Of a stretch of 64,000 nt of DNA, positions 36,831 through 49,313 are shown piece by piece (position 1 is the stretch's first letter; every line of letters begins with the position of its first letter). A program made the translations under genes and the position numbers. This stretch comes from Mobula hypostoma. Taxonomy: Eukaryota. The notes below the pieces were generated by a model. It saw only the letters and a list, made by a program, of their open reading frames with translations, was not told where the DNA came from and did no database searches. Where the stretch lies: contig NC_086097.1 in the NCBI RefSeq assembly GCF_963921235.1, positions 48,300,001-48,364,000 of the forward strand, read 5' to 3'.

Positions 36831-37844
36831 AGAAACATAGAAAATTTACAGCATGATACAGGCCCTTCAGCCCACAAAGCTGTGCCGAACATGTCCTTGC
36901 CTTAGAAATTACCTAGGGTTACCCATAGCCCTCTATTTTTCTGAGCTCCATGTACCTGTCCAGGAGTCTCTTAAAAGACCCTCTCATATCTGCCTCCCTC
37001 ACCATTGCCAGCAGCCCTTTCCACGCACTCACCACTCTCTGCGTAAAAATCTTTCCCCTAACATCTCCTCTGTACCTACTTCCAAGCAGTTTAAAACTGT
37101 GTCCGCTCATCCTCCATTGCTCCAAGGAAAAAAGGCCGAGTTCACTCAACCTATTCTCATAAGGCATGCTCCCCAATCCAGACAACATTCTTGTAAATCT
37201 CATCTGCACCCTTTCTATGGTTTCCACATCCTTCCTATAGTGAGGCGACCAGAACTGAGCACAGTACTCCAAATGGGGTCTGATCAGGGTCCTACATAGC
37301 TGCAACATTACCTCTTGGCTCCTAAACTCAATCCCATGATTGATGAAGGCCAATGCACCGTATGCCTTCTTAACCACAGAGTCAACCTGTGCAGCAGCTT
37401 TGAGCGTCCTATGGACTCAGACCCCAAGATCCCTCTGCTCCTCCACATTGCCAAGATTCTTACCAATAATACTATATTCTGTCATCGTATTTGACCTACC
37501 AAAATGAACCACCTCACACTTATCTGGGTTGAACTCCATCTGCCACTTCTCTGCCTAGTTTTGCATCCTATCAATGTCCTGCTGCAACATCTGACAGCCC
37601 TCCACACTATCCACAACACTCCCAACCTTTGTGTCATCAGCAAATTTACTAACCCATCCCTCCACTTCTTCATCCAGGTCACTTATAAAAATCATGAAGA
37701 GCAGGGGTCCCAGAACAGATCCCTGAGGCACACCACTGGTGACCAACCTCCATGCAGAATATAACCCATCTACAACCACTCTTTGCCTTCTGTGGGCAAG
37801 CCAGTTCTGGATTCACAAAGCAATGTCCCCTTGGATCCCATGCA
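36831..37844 (-). mobile_element. 5'-truncated CR1 LINE
   Basis: Has an AGAAACATAGAAA tail. ORFs 37555-37779 ([14 protein letters not shown]) and 36919-37377 (RPHLEYCAQFWSP) are collinear. Confidence 0.93.
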
Positions 37845-40800
37845 CTTTAAAAAGTGCTTAAGATTAAACAGAAGGTACTGTTGTAATTGTAAACTCTTAC
37901 ACCAATGTCACACATCACAAACCTAGATCTGGCTAGAAATTCATCAATAATTTTATGCATGACCATGCCTTGAGTTACAAAGCCCATACTTGCGATACTA
38001 ACACGATCAAGACCATTTCTGAGTTTCTGAGACAAGTGCCGGCTTATTGGGAGCTGTTTGCCTGTGTTGCTGCATGAGTAGTTAATTTCATCTCTGTCCG
38101 TTACCTGCTGCATTTACAATCCAGTTTTGAGATAAGAAACGGACCTTCCAGTGCATTATCATTGCTCTATGGCGCTGATAGAACTGTACCACAGCAAGAA
38201 CTCACTCCTATTTTATAACAGTTTCAGCTCTACAGAAGAACTGCGTTGGATATCGAGCTCCTCGGGACATCAAAGAAATGTCAATACTTTTTTTTTATCC
38301 ACAGGAGAAGAGGATAAATTAGTAAATAAATGCAAACCAGAACAGAAGGTTTAGATTAATTTATTATCATAATTGTCATTACTGATGGCAGTTCTTTGTG
38401 TTTTCTCATCCTTCACGTATTTCCTCCTGGGTTGTCTGTTGGTTTTAGTGTGGTTACTGAGCCTGTATCCACTGGCATTATCCAGCTGTCAAGTGACAAC
38501 AACCAGCATCGGGGTAAGAAGCACAAAGTCTCTCTAATTTTAGAATGTATCAAGTAACCATGAAGTCCCCAAGAGGGTCAGCTAATAATGATATCATGAG
38601 TTATAATAAAAATGTAATAACTTGCACAGTTGTACAAGATATACTCATGTGTTACTGCTGTGGTCACAGTTTGTGTCTCAGTGGTGGCTGACATTGAGTT
38701 CTGCTGGCTCCGCACACGATTATCCCTGTCAGTTGTTAGCCAGGTGGTTAGAAAGCACAGTCGATGCAAGCTGAGAAAACAACCTAAAGCGAATGCTGAC
38801 CTTTGACCCTCCCACTCTCGTAACAAGTGAGCCTCCTGTTAACTTAAAATGTGTCCTTGACGAGAGATGGTTGAAAAAGAAGACCACATTTAAAAATGAT
38901 GCTACGTTGTTAATTTAAAAAAATTGTAAGTTATGTGAAACTACTTGCTTACTATTTGAAGGGAAAACAAAAGAGGAATAATTTCAAACTGAACAATTCA
39001 TTTAAGGTGAACACCCAATAAATGGTGGTTTTACGCAGAGAAAATCACTTCTAAAGTTAAGGGAATTTAGAACTATAAATATAACATAATTATTATGTTC
39101 AGGCTGTGAAAGTCCTTTCTAATTTTTTCCCCTATGATGGACGTTTTCAAAAATGGTATTCAATGGCATCTTAATCTAATATAATTCCATGGTTTGTAAA
39201 GTACTGTCCTGCCACTTCATGTCTAATTCAGTTCTATTCAGAACAGAACAAACCATAGTAAATGATGGATTAAAATGCTAACCTATATTATATGTAATGA
39301 GATGAAAAATAGTAAGTAAAAACTCAAAGTGGATGTACAGTAGATTTATTTGGTTCTGCAGCTCCCTTAACTTTTTATAATGTTATTATTATAATTGAAC
39401 ATAGGCCTATATGATTAGGACGTTCTTGTCAACATGATCATTTAAAATAATATAATAGCCTTATATACAATATGTCAGAATTACAATAATTATATTACTC
39501 CAAGATTAAAAGGATTTCTTTTGTTGAAGTTACTTATCATATTTATTATAATTACAAGGAGCTCATAGTTTATGCTAACACAGTTCATGAAAATGGACTA
39601 CAATAATTCCTATGGATTTCATGCTGTATGTAGCAGGAAAGCTATGTAAAGCAAAATCCTGACATATTGAAACATAAGCACAATAAATTACACATACATA
39701 AAGTCAAGGGTTTATTCAGAGCAACCATAAAAGTACTTTTGTGCACATAGATCACAAAAACACACTGAAATTACTGACAAGCAAACTGGAACTGAAAGAT
39801 AATTTCTGTTGATTCAACTATATTTTCAAATAGTTGAAATAGGTACAAATCATATAGTCGCAGTTTATGGCTGAGTCAGGAACCGAGCTGCTTTCTGTAT
39901 CCTAGAACAGACAATATTGACCTGCTCATCAGAAATTTGTAAAACATATAAAGTAACCATTACATCAGGAAGATAAATTATGATTTAGAGTTCATTGTAG
40001 GATGACAGCTGATTAGGAAATTCATCAGTTTTTGCTGAAATGCAATAGTCTTATCGGACATGAGTTGCATTCTTTGTAAACCAGTCATGTTCATTCTCTT
40101 TAACTAGTGCCCAATTCCACCATGTCTCTAGTTTAGCAGATGGCACAAACTAATGAAAAGACCTTTTTTAATTAGACCGTCTAAAGACATTTCTTCACCT
40201 TGGAGGTCCTAATAAAGTTTCAATGACCAGGTTTGGGTCTGTCAGTTTCCAGCAGTTGCCATCTGCTTAGTGGCAGAAACGGGCTGTTGGAGCAGTCTTT
40301 GCATTTCCCACTTCAATGAGCTGGAAACTGGTCAGAAGTTGTACATTTCTCATCATCCTGGGAACTTGCTCAGGGCAATAATTTTACAAGTGGATATCTC
40401 TTATTGCTTACTTACACAGAAAATTGAATGCAATGGTGACTCTTTTCCTTTGGCATAACTTTCTTTGGTGAAACACATATTAACAGATCTTTCTTGTAGA
40501 TAAGCAGTTAATTAAAGAAAATTCCTTAAATTTAACTTGGAAGTTTACTTCATTGTGCTTGTTGCATAACTTCCACTGTTTTAATAGCAGATCAGTTCTA
40601 ATATGCTTCTATTCTTCACCATTTTGCTCACTAACAAGGAATGATGATGTTTTACAAAACATTGGCAATATATAATTGGCCTGCTAAAGGCAATTTGGAT
40701 TTATATGATGACTATATCATAGTAAAACTCCCCAGGCACTTCACAGGAACTGTATCAGCTGAAATTTGGCACTGAGCCATCAGTAGCAAACCAGCACCGG

Positions 40801-43314
40801 CGAAAAATACAACGTTCACAATAAGGCATGTGTGCTTTACTCCTCATAATGATCCATTTGAGCTTTATACTGCAAACTATATTAAAACAATCTTAAATAA
40901 CTCATAATTCCAATGCTGATTTCTTCATTTTGGGATGAGTATTTGCATGGTGGCATTATGCTGAAATCAACAAAAACATGTAGAAAAATTTCTCAAATTC
41001 ACGTATTACCAATAAGAAGTCTTATAATGTAGAAGGACACATGCAAAGAGTTGAAGTACACCTCAATAATTCAATCTTTTAAATTTGCATACTGGTTTTT
41101 GGATGTAGCTGATCAGTGGTTAAATATTTGAAAATAAACCTGTGAAGTATTTGTCCACAGAACTTTATCTGGAGAAATACGAAACTGAATGTGGTATCCA
41201 GATGCTTTACACAAGTAAGATTTTTAATATTTTAGAAGTTTGCTTTGATTCTGTGGTTTTGTTTATCTCCTGCAGTTGCTGACACCTATCAACAGCATGA
41301 AGCTAACAAAAGAAGCAATGAATTGATGCCATGTTCTACTTTTTCACTGCTCAACAGCATTCAGCAAGAGTCTTACTTCTGTTTCTTATGCTGTTGTTAA
41401 ACTGCCAACTGAATGCCAGATTTATTCCATATCAGCGTGAATCCATCAGCACATTGGAAGTATGACAACAGGATAAGCTGATTCCCTCTGAATCAATGTT
41501 AACTATTGTGTCCTGTCTGTGTCAGGAAACAGTTTTGACATAGAGTTTTGTTATAGCAGCTGCTCTCTAGCAGATGAAATTATCTCTGTATTGAAGCACA
41601 GATCAACCTTTTCCAGTCCTTGACGTTAGTTAGTCAGCTAAAGTAGCAGCTACATCAAGTATGTAGAGGGTATTTGTTCATGGTTTGGTAGCAGGCTCAC
41701 TTACATCTGTTAGCAACCTTCAACATGCTTGTTATCAAAGTGGAAACACGTTAATGTCTTTGAATTAACCACAATACAAAATAGGAACTAAAAGACAGAA
41801 TAGCACTCCTCAGATTTGTTGTAGTCCCTTAATTTGTGCCAGAATTTGTGGAGTCAGGCATTGTGACATGAGCTGACATTTTAATTAGACAGAAGGACTA
41901 GGTTTTGAAATTCAACCATGGTTCTAAAAATATGGGACTACCATGGAGATCAATGGCCGTCCATCACTTAATCGGGTTTGAAATATATTTTTATGAATAT
42001 GTAACATCATTTCCTATTGGTTCATTCCTGGTTGCTGGAACTGATGCCACTTATGATAATTGTGAGAGTTATAATCTGAAGTGCAGTTCAGTTTAATGTA
42101 ATTACTCCCCTACCGCTACAGCTCATTTAGCAGCTGAAATACTTCTGTGAAACTGGTGCCAACATGATACATCCTTTGCATCTATACAACTATCAGAACT
42201 ATTTTTAAGCAACTGGGATTAATTTTAAATCTATTAACTCATTTTATTGAGAACATGTAATTCCACCTCAAAAACACATGATGTAATTCTTATTTTGGAC
42301 TATTGGGATGTAATGTGTTTTTAACAGTTTTCCAAGCTTAAGGTAATGGAATGTTTGCAGCATTCTTAATACTACTATAAAAAAGACATTAAAAATTTGC
42401 ATTTAAATTATCCGATTGCCAATGTACAGTAATAATCGTCCTTAAGTAACCAAATTAGTAGGAAATTAGACCTATTTGCTTCCATTTTAGTTTTCAATAT
42501 TAATCTCAGGAAATGGTAACTTTTGCAAGAAAGCCATCTCAGAGAACTGAATTTCAACCTGTTTAGTTGTAAAGATGCCTTCTGCCAAGCGGTGCAACTA
42601 TCTACCAATATTTTCAGGCACCTACATCTGTTCAAGGGGAGGCAGAACTGCATACTATCACATAACCCCCAAGCTAAAGAAATCCTGCGCAGGGGCAAAA
42701 GATTATTAAAGTTAACTAGGGTATTCCTATGTATCTCTATATGGATTCATCATCTGTTGGGATTTACTAATGGAAAAGTAAAATCATATAAATGAATTAA
42801 GTTATGCCATAATTCATTAAATTAGTATATTCTTATTGCTGTCTCAGTGGTAATTGGGAAAACATGGGTTATTATTAATAAGCATCTTTCTTCTTGTCAT
42901 AGAATATTTTATACTTGGATCACATTTCTTCGCACAGTCCACATTCCACACCATTCTAAGTTTCACCTCTAGTGCAGAGGCGTGTTTGTTATATTACATA
43001 GAACTTCTATTTATATGCCATTTTTAACAAAGAGCTCAGTGGGTCAAGTTCTAGAGTACCTTGGCCATGGAGAGTCCAGATTTGTAGGGGCGCTGACATC
43101 TTGGTGGACTACAAGGATGGAGGAAATTACAGAGGTGGGGAATGTTACATACTGGATTATAAACACAACATTTATTCACGTGGTTATACAAATTGGAAGC
43201 AGCAGATAAAAGTGACGGCTTTCACTGGTGAGGAGGAATCGGGGCAGAGATCAGTTAAAAATAAGGTTGTGGAAGGGGAAAGATGAAAAAAAGGTTGTAG
43301 AACTGTAAAGATGA

Positions 43315-43797
43315 AGCCACACTCAGGTTGGAGGAACAACACCTTATATTCCGTCTGGGTAGCCTCCAACCTGATGGCATGAACATCGACTTCTCTAACT
43401 TCTGCTAAGGCCCCACCTCCCCCTCGTACCCCATCTGTTACTTATTTTTATGCGCATTCTTCCTCTCACTCTCCTTTTTCTCCCTCTGTCCCTCTGAATA
43501 TACCTCTTGCCCATCCTCTGGGTCCCCCCCCCTTGTCTTTCTTCCCAGACCTCCTGTCCCATGATCCTCTCGTATCCCCTTTTGCCAATCACCTGTCCAG
43601 CTCTTGGCTCCATCCATCCCCCTCCTGTCTTCTCCTATCATTTTGGATCTCCCCCTCCCCCTCCAACTTTCAAATCCCTTACTCACTCTTCCTTCAGTTA
43701 GTCCTGACAAAGGGTCTCGGCCTGAAACGTCAACTGCACCTCTTCCCAGAGATGCTGCCTGGCCTGCTGCGTTCACCAGCAACTTTGATGTGTGTTG
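43315..43797 (+). mobile_element. Penelope 3' fragment
   Basis: Encodes RLEEQHLIFRLGSLQPDGMNIDFSNF, followed by a pyrimidine-rich UTR and the terminal module. Confidence 0.9.
43699..43736 (+). ncRNA. Minimal hammerhead ribozyme motif (G8>A)
   Basis: TAGTC-CTGACAA-AGGGTCTCGGCCT-GAAA-CGTC-AACTG retains the palindromic ACGT and the GUC cleavage triplet. Confidence 0.7.
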
Positions 43798-44539
43798 TGG
43801 AAGGGGATGTGAGTGTGATCCATTACTGATGTTTGATTGCATAATCTCATGGAGCGAAAGGCTAGCAAGTCTGGAAGTGTGAGTGATGAAGACTTGATCC
43901 TCAGAATAATCCAGCCTGCCCCCTATAACAGACAGCCTTAGAACTAAATGGGTGGCTGCAAACTGGAAATGCAACCATTTTCTTAAGCAACTGTGTCAGT
44001 TCATTTATGCTCCAAATATGGAAATAAATTTGCACTTATGTATCAACTTCCCTTTCAAAATACCCTAAAGCACTTTGCAGTCAATGAATTATTTTAGAAT
44101 TAAAAGAGAAAATGATGGAAGGACAGGTCAGGCAACTTCTGTGGAAGTTAACATTTCATGTCAAAGATTTCCCCCCGCCCCCCAATCAGGACACACAAAA
44201 AAGGGCAAACAACTTAATTGATGAGAGGATAGAGAAGGGATGGATAGGTCGAAGGAAATATCTTTATGTCACTAATAGGATGGGGATGGGGATAGAATTA
44301 TTGCAGTAAAAGCTGCTGATGGTTAATAGGTTAATGAGGGAAATTAAAGGTGCTACCAGTGCCTAGCAAAACCTGTACTTGGTGTACAAGACAGGGTACA
44401 TCTCAGTGCTGAGTGATCATATTGCTGCCTCTAACCCATCCAACAGTAGTCTGGGATTCACACCAGGCTCCTGCTATGGCAATGCATTGGCTGAGCATTG
44501 CTTAGCAGGTACTAGAAAATCTTCTTAGATAACAGCTTG

Positions 44540-44975
44540 GGGTGAAAGCTAATTGCTGCCATTTCAGTCCCCTGCATTTCAGGTGGCTGGTGAGGCCAAT
44601 ATTGAAACCACAGACCTTACCATAGGAGGGACGATGATGCCCGGCAGGGTGTGTGGGTGGGTTGTTGGGGATGATGTGTGCTCCGTCTACAGTTCACGTT
44701 TCAGCTTCATGTGCTCCAGTTGTGGGGGTGCGAGGTTCTCATTTCCTGCCTAAGTGCTCCTCCTCCACTTGACCAACGAGGGCTGAAGGATTTCAAGGTA
44801 CTAATGAAGGTGTGACATTTTCTCATGGACTCTTTGAGAAGGCTTTTGAATCATTTTTCTCCACTTTCCTGTAAACCTTTTTCTGTGAGAGAGCTCAGAA
44901 TAAAACATTTATTTTGAGTGTATGCACTTATGAAAATGATACACACTCCCAAATGAGCTGCCTGAGTATGATCAA
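44540..44975 (-). mobile_element. Degenerate RTE-like 3' fragment
   Basis: CTCTTTGAGAAGGCTTTTGAATC..TTCCTG..GAGAGCTCAGAATAAAAC parallels 29410-29510. Confidence 0.45.
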
Positions 44976-45412
44976 AACCATGAAATATCCTTTATATTGC
45001 ATTATTGCCACTGGTTTGGTAACCTGCTTTATTTTATGATATTATAAATAAATGGTGGATTTTGTATAGAGTATAGAGGAAAGGTATTCTCTCACTTGGC
45101 AAGTGTTACCTGTGTAACAATGCAACATTTTTTAATTACTTTGGACGTTGGTGAGAAGGTCAGTAATTACCAGTGGGATTTAAAAAAAAATGACATCTGC
45201 GAAGAACAGCTTTATTATTTGCATCCTAATTGTTGGCTCACTAGACACCGTGAAGCTTCAATGTGAATCCTAGACTGATAAAAATTCTGATGCTGACAAA
45301 ATCTTCTGCTTTTGACAGAATCTGTGATGAATGACAGATTGCTCAGCATTTCTAAACTGGGAGAAGTACAATCACTGGCCAAGTATCAATATAAAATTGC
45401 CTTTCAGATATA

Positions 45413-45968
45413 CATTCAGTGGCTACTTTATGAGGTACCTCCTGTACTTAACAAAGTGTCCATTGAGTGTTTGTTCATAGTCTCTGCTTCTGTAGCCCAT
45501 CCACTTTAAGTTTCGATGTGTAGTGCATTCTGAGGTATGCTTCTGCTCACCATTGTTGTAACATGTGGTTATTTCAGTTACTGTCGCCTTCCTGTCAGCT
45601 TGAACCAATCTGGCCATAATACTTTGACCTCTCCCATTAACAAGGTGTTTCTGCCCACAGAACTGCCGCTCACTGGATGTTTGTTGTTCTTTGCACCATT
45701 GTCTATAAACTCCAGAGACTGTTGTGCACAAAAATCCCAGCAGATCAGCATTTTCTGAGAAACTCAAACCACCCTTCTGGCAACAACAATCAAAGTCACT
45801 TAGAGCATGTTTCTTCCCCATTCTGATGTTTGTTCTGAACAACAACTGAATCTCTTGACCATTTCTGCATGCTTTTATGCATTGAGTTGCTGCCACATGA
45901 TTGGCTAATTAGCTATTTGTAATAATGAACAGGTGTACAAGTGTACCTAATAAAATGGCCACTGAGTG
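45413..45968 (-). mobile_element. Internally deleted Tc1/mariner transposon
   Basis: TIRs CATTCAGTGGCTACTTTATGAGGTAC / GTACCTAATAAAATGGCCACTGAGTG with TA flanks. ORF 45423-45896 encodes only the paired-like HTH N-terminus (MGKK..LSDFD..ADLLGF..TVS..ARLVQADRKAT) and no DDE domain. Confidence 0.92.
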
Positions 45969-46049
45969 TATGATTTCCATGTCCAGCAGAACCTAATTAC
46001 AATTTGTTCACACTTAAAAATCAAACCAATCCTCTTTTCTAGGACTCAG

Positions 46050-46570
46050 TCATTCAATAACTTCCCGGTAGCCAAACGTTTTAATTCTGATTCTCATTCC
46101 TGTTCTGACATGTCGATCCATGGCCTCCTCTTGTGTCAAAATGAGGCCACCCTCAGGGTGGAGGAGCAACACTTTATATTTCACCTGGGTACCCTCAAAC
46201 CTGATGGCATGAATATTGATTTCTCTTTCCAGCAAATAAATTCCCACCTTCCTTTCTCTATTTCCCACTTTGATGTTTCACTTCTTCTCACCTGCCTATT
46301 ACTCCCCCGTGTCCCGTGCTCCTTCCCTTTTTCCTATTGTCAACTCTCTTCTCCTATCAGATGCTTTCTTCCTTTGACCTTGACTTTTCCCACCCACCTG
46401 GCTTCACCTATCACCTTCCAGCTAGCCTCTTTTCCCTCCCCCACCTTTTTATTCTGGCACCTTCCCCCTTCCTTTCCAGTCCTGAAGAAGTGTCTCAGAC
46501 TGAAACATCGACTGTCTACATAAATGCTGCCTGACCTGCTGAGTTCCTCCAGCATCTTGTGTGTGTTGCA
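46050..46570 (+). mobile_element. Penelope 3' fragment
   Basis: Encodes FPVAKRFNSDSHS..RVEEQHFIFHLGTLKPDGMNIDFS, followed by the terminal module. Confidence 0.9.
46477..46514 (+). ncRNA. Minimal hammerhead ribozyme motif (best-preserved fold)
   Basis: CAGTC-CTGAAGA-AGTGTCTCAGACT-GAAA-CATC-GACTG has a perfect stem I, stem II AGT/ACT, an intact CUGANGA/GAAA core and an AUC triplet. Confidence 0.75.
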
Positions 46571-47284
46571 ATAAACAAATTACTAACTTTTGGTTGTAAC
46601 CTGCAGCAGCAAAATTGATTTAGGATATTGCAACATAATGTTCGAAATCAAATATGCTTGCTTTTGTTGGTTTGGAATCTACCAGAATGATATCAATAGA
46701 TCTAATTCTTTCAAACACATAAACCTGGGAGATGGTGGTTCAGCTCATTTTATTCTCAAAATATGATGCTAACATGGCCAGATATTGTGATCCATCAGGT
46801 TACTTTGGCTGGCTTTGGAAGAATTACATACTGTTTCTCCTTCAGCACAGACAAAGGTTTTAACAGTCATTACAGATGAACGAAATCTATCTATTATCAC
46901 CAGGAATTATGGTCACTGTCAGAAAGGCTAACATGTTGATGGTGATAAAGGGACGATATTATGATCATGGGGACCCTTTTACAACATCAGGTTGTGTATA
47001 ATACCCTGGAGAGCGGCAGGGTCAATTCTAACATAGTGACATCAGGCAATTTTTTTCATTACTCTGCAAAAATTCTACAACTGATAAAACATAAACTGTA
47101 TCAATACTTAATACAGAAAATATTAAATTAATTGCAATTTTATTTCAATAATGTTCTCATCTCAGATTTAGGGTCTTTTTTTCAAACTACTGGCAAACCA
47201 CTGGAAGACCTGAGGATACTTGCTATGGACAATTCAAGTTGACCACATTATAAAAGGAACTGATTTTCATGGTAACAATTCTAG

Positions 47285-47968
47285 CCCCTTCCATATCAGT
47301 CCTGATGAATGAACTTAGCCTGAAAAAGAATCAGAATCAGAATCTGGTTCATTATCACCGACATGTGACGTGAAATTTGTTAACTTAGTAGCAGCAGTTC
47401 AATGCAAGATGGATCTGACTAAATTTACAACCCTCTGCAGCTTCTTTTGGTCCTGTGCAGTAGCCAACCCCCCCCCCCCACCCATATCAGATGGTGATGC
47501 AGCCCTGTCAGAATACTTTCTACGGTACATCTATAGAAGTTTCTGAGTGTATTTGTTGACATACCAAATCTCTTCACATTCATGATAAGGTATAGCCACT
47601 GTCTTGCCTTCTTTACAACTACGTCGATATGTTGGGACCAGGTTAAATCCTCAGAGATTTTGACACCTAGGAAGTTGAACTATAGCTCAGCATTTATTAC
47701 CATCATTCCTACAATCCTGATTTAGAAGTTGCAGAACCTGGGCCTCTGTACCTCCCTTTGCAATTGGATCCTCTACTTCCTAACCAGAAGACAATAATCT
47801 GTGCAGAATGGCGATAACATCGCCTCCTCGCTGATGATCAACACTGGTACACCTCAACGTGTATGCTCTTTATTCCTCTCCATTGGTGCCACCTGACCGG
47901 CTGAGTTCCTCCAGCATTTTGTTTGCGTTACTCTGAACTTCCAGCATTTACAGGATCTCTTGTGTCTT
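47285..47968 (+). mobile_element. Short Penelope terminal module split by a Rex1-like insertion
   Basis: Left part: CAGTCCTGATGAATGAACTTAGCCTGAAA. Right part, from about 47857: TTTATTCCTCTCCATTGGTGCCACCTGACCGGCTGAGTTCCTCCAGCATTTT..CCAGCATTTACAGG. Confidence 0.7.
47327..47856 (-). mobile_element. Rex1-like LINE with a 5' inversion
   Basis: An (AGAATC)n tail and minus-strand 3' part span 47327-47678. Segment 47679-47856 is plus-strand and matches the upstream RT segment at 54365-54545. Confidence 0.8.
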
Positions 47969-48682
47969 TAAGATATCAGAAGGCTTTCTGGATTGTAGGT
48001 ATTACAATGTTGATCCAATGTGCTGGATTTGCCAAGCCTGCTGATTGTGAAAGCCTGGTGTGTATGTTGAGGTGACATATCTAAAGTTCAGATGATAGAG
48101 CACTGTGGCAGGAGCACTTTAATTGTAAGTGACAGTCTCACATTGTTTCAGCAACAATCAGCCGGTCTCTATCACCATCAGCAATATAGTAGCACCATGA
48201 GACTGCCAGTCCTGTGAAAATCACTGTTTAAATCACAGTCAATAAGACACAAGATTTTTGGTAATATCCTTTAGTCTGTGGGTAGGATTCAATGGGAGTT
48301 AACGTCAGTGCCCTTATTTAGTATCAAAGTTCTGACCACACTTAACCAGCTCTGGAGGATGAAGCACGTTATCTGTGCTCTGAAATCTCCCAAAATGGGC
48401 ACTTCAAAAGTATTTCTTAAGATGCTTCAGAAATGCAACATATTGACAGATCCTAGGAATTCCTGGCCAGTAACTGGTCAAAATGCTGAAGGAATATTTG
48501 GGATGGCACCGAGCAGAAGCACTCAGGTACCAAACACACAGAACAGGAGTGTTCAACATCCTTAAGGGACCAGAAGCATCAGTTGCCCCTCCTTTGGCAG
48601 ACTCTGAGGTTCTCTACTGTCACCTCAGTACTTGCACATGGCAGATGGGTTGCTTTTGAACTAGGGAGAGGCCAATATCTTA

Positions 48683-48812
48683 ATCACAACGATTCTGCAG
48701 ATGCTGGAAATCCAGAGCAACACAAAATGCTGGAGGAACTCAAAAGGTTAGGCAACGTCTATGGAAGGGAATAAACAGTCAATGTTTCAGGCTGAGACCC
48801 TTCATTAAAACT
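48683..48812 (-). mobile_element. Short (~130 bp) Penelope terminal module with a degenerate hammerhead
   Basis: TCTGCAGATGCTGGAAATCC..AAAATGCTGGAGGAACTCA..CAGTCAATGTTTCAGGCTGAGACCCTTCATTA. Confidence 0.8.
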
Positions 48813-49313
48813 CAGAAAGTGTTTTTGCAGGGAAATTTGCCAGTGCTGCCTGGGAGGATTTAAACTAGATTAGCAGGGGTTGGGACTCTGAGCAGGAGCA
48901 AGTCATGGGATAAAGTAGTAGCCAGCAAGAGCAAGTTTAGAAATCATGATAGCCAGAGGCAAATTAAAGAGAGGCAAAGGAATACTCAATTAAAAAACTG
49001 CATTAATTTCAATGCACAAGGATTAACAGGTAAAGCGGATGAACTCAGAGCTGAGTAGTCCGGGTATAGGGATGTTATAACATGGCTATGTGATAGACTG
49101 AACTGGCAACTCAGTGTTGTAGGATACAGATGCTAAAGGTGTGACTGAGGCACAGGTAAGTGAGGATGTGATGTTGCCTTTGTGATAAGGGAGGACGTAC
49201 AGCAATGCTTAGATATCGTTGGAGGATCATCCAGTGAGGGCATACGGCTAGAACTTTGGGCCAAGAATGGGAGATCATGCTAGTAGGCTATACTATGTAG
49301 CCTGCTAATAGTG

